Source: Minisyncoccia bacterium
Lineage (GTDB): Bacteria; Patescibacteriota; Minisyncoccia; Phycocordibacterales; UBA9973
DNA: 59,172 bases
Direction of reading: 5' to 3'
Assembly (NCBI GenBank): GCA_038249055.1
Contig: JBBRWS010000007.1
Span: forward strand, 1 to 59,172
A model generated the notes under the pieces. That model saw only the letters and a list, made by a program, of their open reading frames with translations. It had not been told where the DNA came from and searched no databases. Position numbers and translations under genes: made by a program. Shown here in pieces: positions 56,204 through 59,172 of the stretch. Position 1 is the stretch's first letter, and each line of letters starts with the position of its first letter.

Positions 56204-59172
56204 ATGAAAACAATTGATACAACAAATTTCGACTCAATAGTTCTGAAACTTGCATCTCCTGAGACCATTAAAGAATGGTCATACGGTGAAGTAACAAAGC
56301 CAGAAACAATAAACTATCGTACAGGACGTTCTGAAAGAAGTGGTCTTTTTGATGAAAGAATCTTTGGTCCAGAAAAAGATTACGAATGTTATTGTGGTAA
56401 ATACCGACGCATTAGATATAAAGATATTATTTGTGAAAAATGTGGAGTTGAAGTAACTCGCTCAATAGTTCGTCGTGAACGTATGGGTCACATTGAACTT
56501 TCTTCTCCTGTTGCACATATTTGGTTTTTACGTGGAGTTCCTTCTCGTATGTCAGTACTTTTGAATATTCCAGTAAGTGATCTAGAAAAAGTAATATATT
56601 TCGCTGGATATATAATAACAAATGTTTATGCTGAAGAAAAAGATGTAATAGTAAAAAATCTAGAAAGTGAATTTAAATCAAAACTTAAGAGCACAAACAA
56701 TGAAGAAGAAAAAGAAAAACTAAAAGAACTTCTATCAAGTACAAAGAAAGAAATAGGGGAAATAGTTCCTGGTAAAGTTTTAAATGAAATTGCTTACCAC
56801 CATTTTGGTCTTAAATATGGAAGTTGTTTTGAGGCTAGTATCGGAGCAGAAGCAATATTTACATTATTTAAAAATATGAATTTGGAAAAGCTTAAATCTG
56901 AAACTGAGAGTATGCTTCCAAAGGCTTCAAGTATAGATAAAGAAAAACTTGAAAAGAGATTATCTCTTATTCGTTCAATGATTCATTCTGGTATTCGTCC
57001 TGAGTGGATGTTTCTAACTGTAATCCCAATAATACCACCTGCTCTTCGTCCAATGGTGGCTCTTGATGGTGGACGTCATGCAACTTCAGATTTAAATGAT
57101 TTGTATCGTAGAGTTATAAACCGAAATAATCGTTTGAAAAAACTTAAAGAAATTGGTGCTCCTGATGTTATTTTACGTAACGAAAAGCGTATTCTACAAG
57201 AAGCAGTTGATGCTCTTATAGATAACTCTATTGCTAAACAAAATGATTCTCAGGCAGTTTCTCAGTCTCAGAAGCGTGCACTTAAATCACTTTCAGATAA
57301 CTTAAAATCAAAACAAGGATTGTTCCGTCAAAATTTGCTCGGTAAACGTGTGGACTATTCAGGACGTTCAGTTATTGTTGTTGGTCCAGGATTAAAACTC
57401 AATCAATGTGGTCTACCAAAACACATGGCACTTGAATTATTTAAACCATTTGTAATTTCAAAAATATTAGAAACAGAACTTGCTTTTAATATTCGTGGAG
57501 CAAACCGTTTAATAGAAGAAGGTATTCCTGAAGTTTGGGCAATACTTGAAGAAGTTATTCGTGGTAAATATGTTCTTCTAAACCGTGCTCCTACTCTTCA
57601 CCGTTTAGGTATTCAAGCTTTCAATCCTATTCTTATTGAAGGTAATGCTATTCAAGTACACCCATTGGTCTGTGCGGGCTTCAACGCCGACTTCGATGGA
57701 GACCAAATGGCTGTTTATGTACCACTTTCTGATATGGCACAAATGGAAGCAAAAGAATACATGGCTTCAAATAAAAACTTACTTAAACCACAAGATGGTT
57801 CACCAATTGTTATGCCTAAAATGGATATCATTCTTGGCTGTTATTGGATGACAAAATCTGTTGATGGAGAAAAAGGAGAAGGTATGGCATTTTCAAGTCC
57901 AAACCAAGCTATTACTGCTTTTGATTTAGGAGTTATTACTTTCCGCGCAAAGATTAAAGTTCTAGGTACAGAAAAAAGTAGATACAGTGCATTTCAAGAT
58001 AAACCTTTTGAAACAACTGTTGGAAAATTATTCTTCAATAGTATTTTCCCAGATGATTTCCCTTATTTAAATGAGGAAATAACTATCAAACGTATGTCCC
58101 TACTCGTAGATGAACTTATTGTTCATTATGGTATAGATGAAACTCCAAAAGTTTTGGATAAAATTAAAGATTTTGGGTATCATTATGCAACTTACTCAGG
58201 AGTTACTTGGGGAATAGATAATGTTACAGTTCCAGAAGGAAAGGGTGTTATTGTTGCTAAATATCGTAAAGAAGAGGAATTAGTTCGTGAACAATTCAAC
58301 GAAGGTTTGCTTTCTGAAAATGAACAATATCAAAAAGTTATTGAAATATGGGAACATGCTAAAAAAGAAATTGAAAAAATAATTCCTGCAACATTAGATA
58401 TAAAAAGTTCAACTTATGATCTTATAACTTCAGGAGCCCGTGGTAATATGGGTTCTCTTGTTCAGATGTGTGGAATGAAAGGTTTGATTGTTAACACATC
58501 AGGAGAAACTCTAGACTTTCCAATTATTCCATCATACATTGAAGGATTATCTCCACTTGAATATTTCATCACTACCCACGGTTCTCGTAAGGGTGCTGCA
58601 GACACGGCTTTAAATACTGCTAAAGCAGGATACTTAACACGTCGTCTAGTTGATGTTGCTCAAGATGTTGTTATTACAGAAGAAGATTGTGGAACAAAAA
58701 ATGGTAAAAAAATAATCGCTGTAGATGGAGTATTTGCCAAGTATATAAATGGACGTGTTTTACTTGCTGATATAAAAGATAGTGAAGGTAATATTTTATT
58801 CAAAAAAGGTGCTTTAATAACAAAAGAAGACTCAAGATCATTAGAGAAGTCTGGTGTAACAGAAGCATTAGTTCGCACCCCTCTTTCTTGTGAGACAGTT
58901 CATGGAATTTGTAGAAATTGTTATGGTTTAGACCTTGGTAGAAACTGTATGATTGAACTTGGACAAGCAGTAGGAATTATTGCAGCTCAAGCTATTGGTG
59001 AGCCTGGAACTCAGCTTACTCTTCGTACTTTCCATGCTGGAGGAGTCGCTACTGTGGATATTACTACAGGTCTTCCTCGTGTTGAAGAAATTTTTGAAAG
59101 ACGTATTCCTAAGAATCCAGCTATTATTTCAGTTTCTGATGGAGAAGTTGTTGATATTACAGATAATGGAAA
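56204..59172 (+). CDS. rpoC: DNA-directed RNA polymerase subunit beta' (3' end beyond window)
   Basis: My translation from ATG 56204: [11 protein letters not shown]...[23 protein letters not shown] (zinc motif), [11 protein letters not shown] catalytic motif near 57680; no stop before window end. Confidence 0.95.
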   Translation, partial: MKTIDTTNFDSIVLKLASPETIKEWSYGEVTKPETINYRTGRSERSGLFDERIFGPEKDYECYCGKYRRIRYKDIICEKCGVEVTRSIVRRERMGHIELSSPVAHIWFLRGVPSRMSVLLNIPVSDLEKVIYFAGYIITNVYAEEKDVIVKNLESEFKSKLKSTNNEEEKEKLKELLSSTKKEIGEIVPGKVLNEIAYHHFGLKYGSCFEASIGAEAIFTLFKNMNLEKLKSETESMLPKASSIDKEKLEKRLSLIRSMIHSGIRPEWMFLTVIPIIPPALRPMVALDGGRHATSDLNDLYRRVINRNNRLKKLKEIGAPDVILRNEKRILQEAVDALIDNSIAKQNDSQAVSQSQKRALKSLSDNLKSKQGLFRQNLLGKRVDYSGRSVIVVGPGLKLNQCGLPKHMALELFKPFVISKILETELAFNIRGANRLIEEGIPEVWAILEEVIRGKYVLLNRAPTLHRLGIQAFNPILIEGNAIQVHPLVCAGFNADFDGDQMAVYVPLSDMAQMEAKEYMASNKNLLKPQDGSPIVMPKMDIILGCYWMTKSVDGEKGEGMAFSSPNQAITAFDLGVITFRAKIKVLGTEKSRYSAFQDKPFETTVGKLFFNSIFPDDFPYLNEEITIKRMSLLVDELIVHYGIDETPKVLDKIKDFGYHYATYSGVTWGIDNVTVPEGKGVIVAKYRKEEELVREQFNEGLLSENEQYQKVIEIWEHAKKEIEKIIPATLDIKSSTYDLITSGARGNMGSLVQMCGMKGLIVNTSGETLDFPIIPSYIEGLSPLEYFITTHGSRKGAADTALNTAKAGYLTRRLVDVAQDVVITEEDCGTKNGKKIIAVDGVFAKYINGRVLLADIKDSEGNILFKKGALITKEDSRSLEKSGVTEALVRTPLSCETVHGICRNCYGLDLGRNCMIELGQAVGIIAAQAIGEPGTQLTLRTFHAGGVATVDITTGLPRVEEIFERRIPKNPAIISVSDGEVVDITDNG

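Noticed and set aside
1-59172. Alternative genetic code (UGA read as Gly or Trp, as in some CPR lineages)
   Set aside because: All conserved genes are full-length and contiguous under the standard code. The upstream boundaries I checked (the Nudix ORF and pheS) are TAA, so there is no evidence for TGA sense codons here. Only the absence of TGA stops is reported.
1-59172. CRISPR arrays, transposases, integrases, restriction-modification, toxin-antitoxin or known defence systems
   Set aside because: No regularly spaced repeats and no ORFs with the corresponding motifs were found. The two methyltransferases have small-molecule/protein-type class I folds with no adjacent nuclease. The tandem aattacgaat copies are too short and too few to be a CRISPR array.

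Overview
AT-rich (about one-third G+C by eye) chromosomal segment that looks like a reduced-genome Patescibacteria/CPR (Parcubacteria-like) bacterium. That placement is an inference from compact or truncated housekeeping proteins, type IV pilin-like genes, almost no Shine-Dalgarno sequences and tiny intergenic spacers. The window holds the 3' end of 23S rRNA, a 5S rRNA, one tRNA-Ser(GGA), 50 complete CDS and a 3'-truncated rpoC. Genes are mostly on the + strand and mostly housekeeping: rodA/ftsW-like, folD, secDF, htpX, murI, pheST, gyrB, thrS, rpmF, nusB, rnc, smc-like, rnr, rpsP, trmD, rpoBC. Interspersed are envelope and membrane genes: LemA/DUF2207, PAP2, DedA, SulP, a GT2-GtrA plus GT39-like glycosylation pair, and a NOX-like ferric reductase with a tandem cytochrome b5 protein. 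I saw no transposase, integrase, CRISPR array, restriction system or recognisable defence genes, so I do not claim a new multi-gene protein system. The most unusual signals are at the RNA/DNA level. (1) A nest of tRNA-Ser 3'-end-derived direct and inverted repeats forms highly structured elements downstream of tRNA-Ser and brackets a 1.2-kb islet carrying one methyltransferase. (2) A dispersed about 21-26 nt hairpin motif occurs at four loci, including the thrS leader and a promoter-equipped 145-nt inverted-repeat element that sits where rimM would be expected. (3) A minimal T-box upstream of thrS has the Thr codon ACC in the terminal loop of a very short Stem I. (4) Extended -10 promoters sit exactly 6 nt upstream of ATG at ten genes, which implies leaderless mRNAs. 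(5) TGA is never used as a stop (0 of 50). (6) There are unusual fusions and architectures: NusB-Nudix, CapA-VanY, a short SMC, and a Nudix ORF with a perfect SD but no canonical start codon. All functional calls come from motif recognition by eye; no searches were run.
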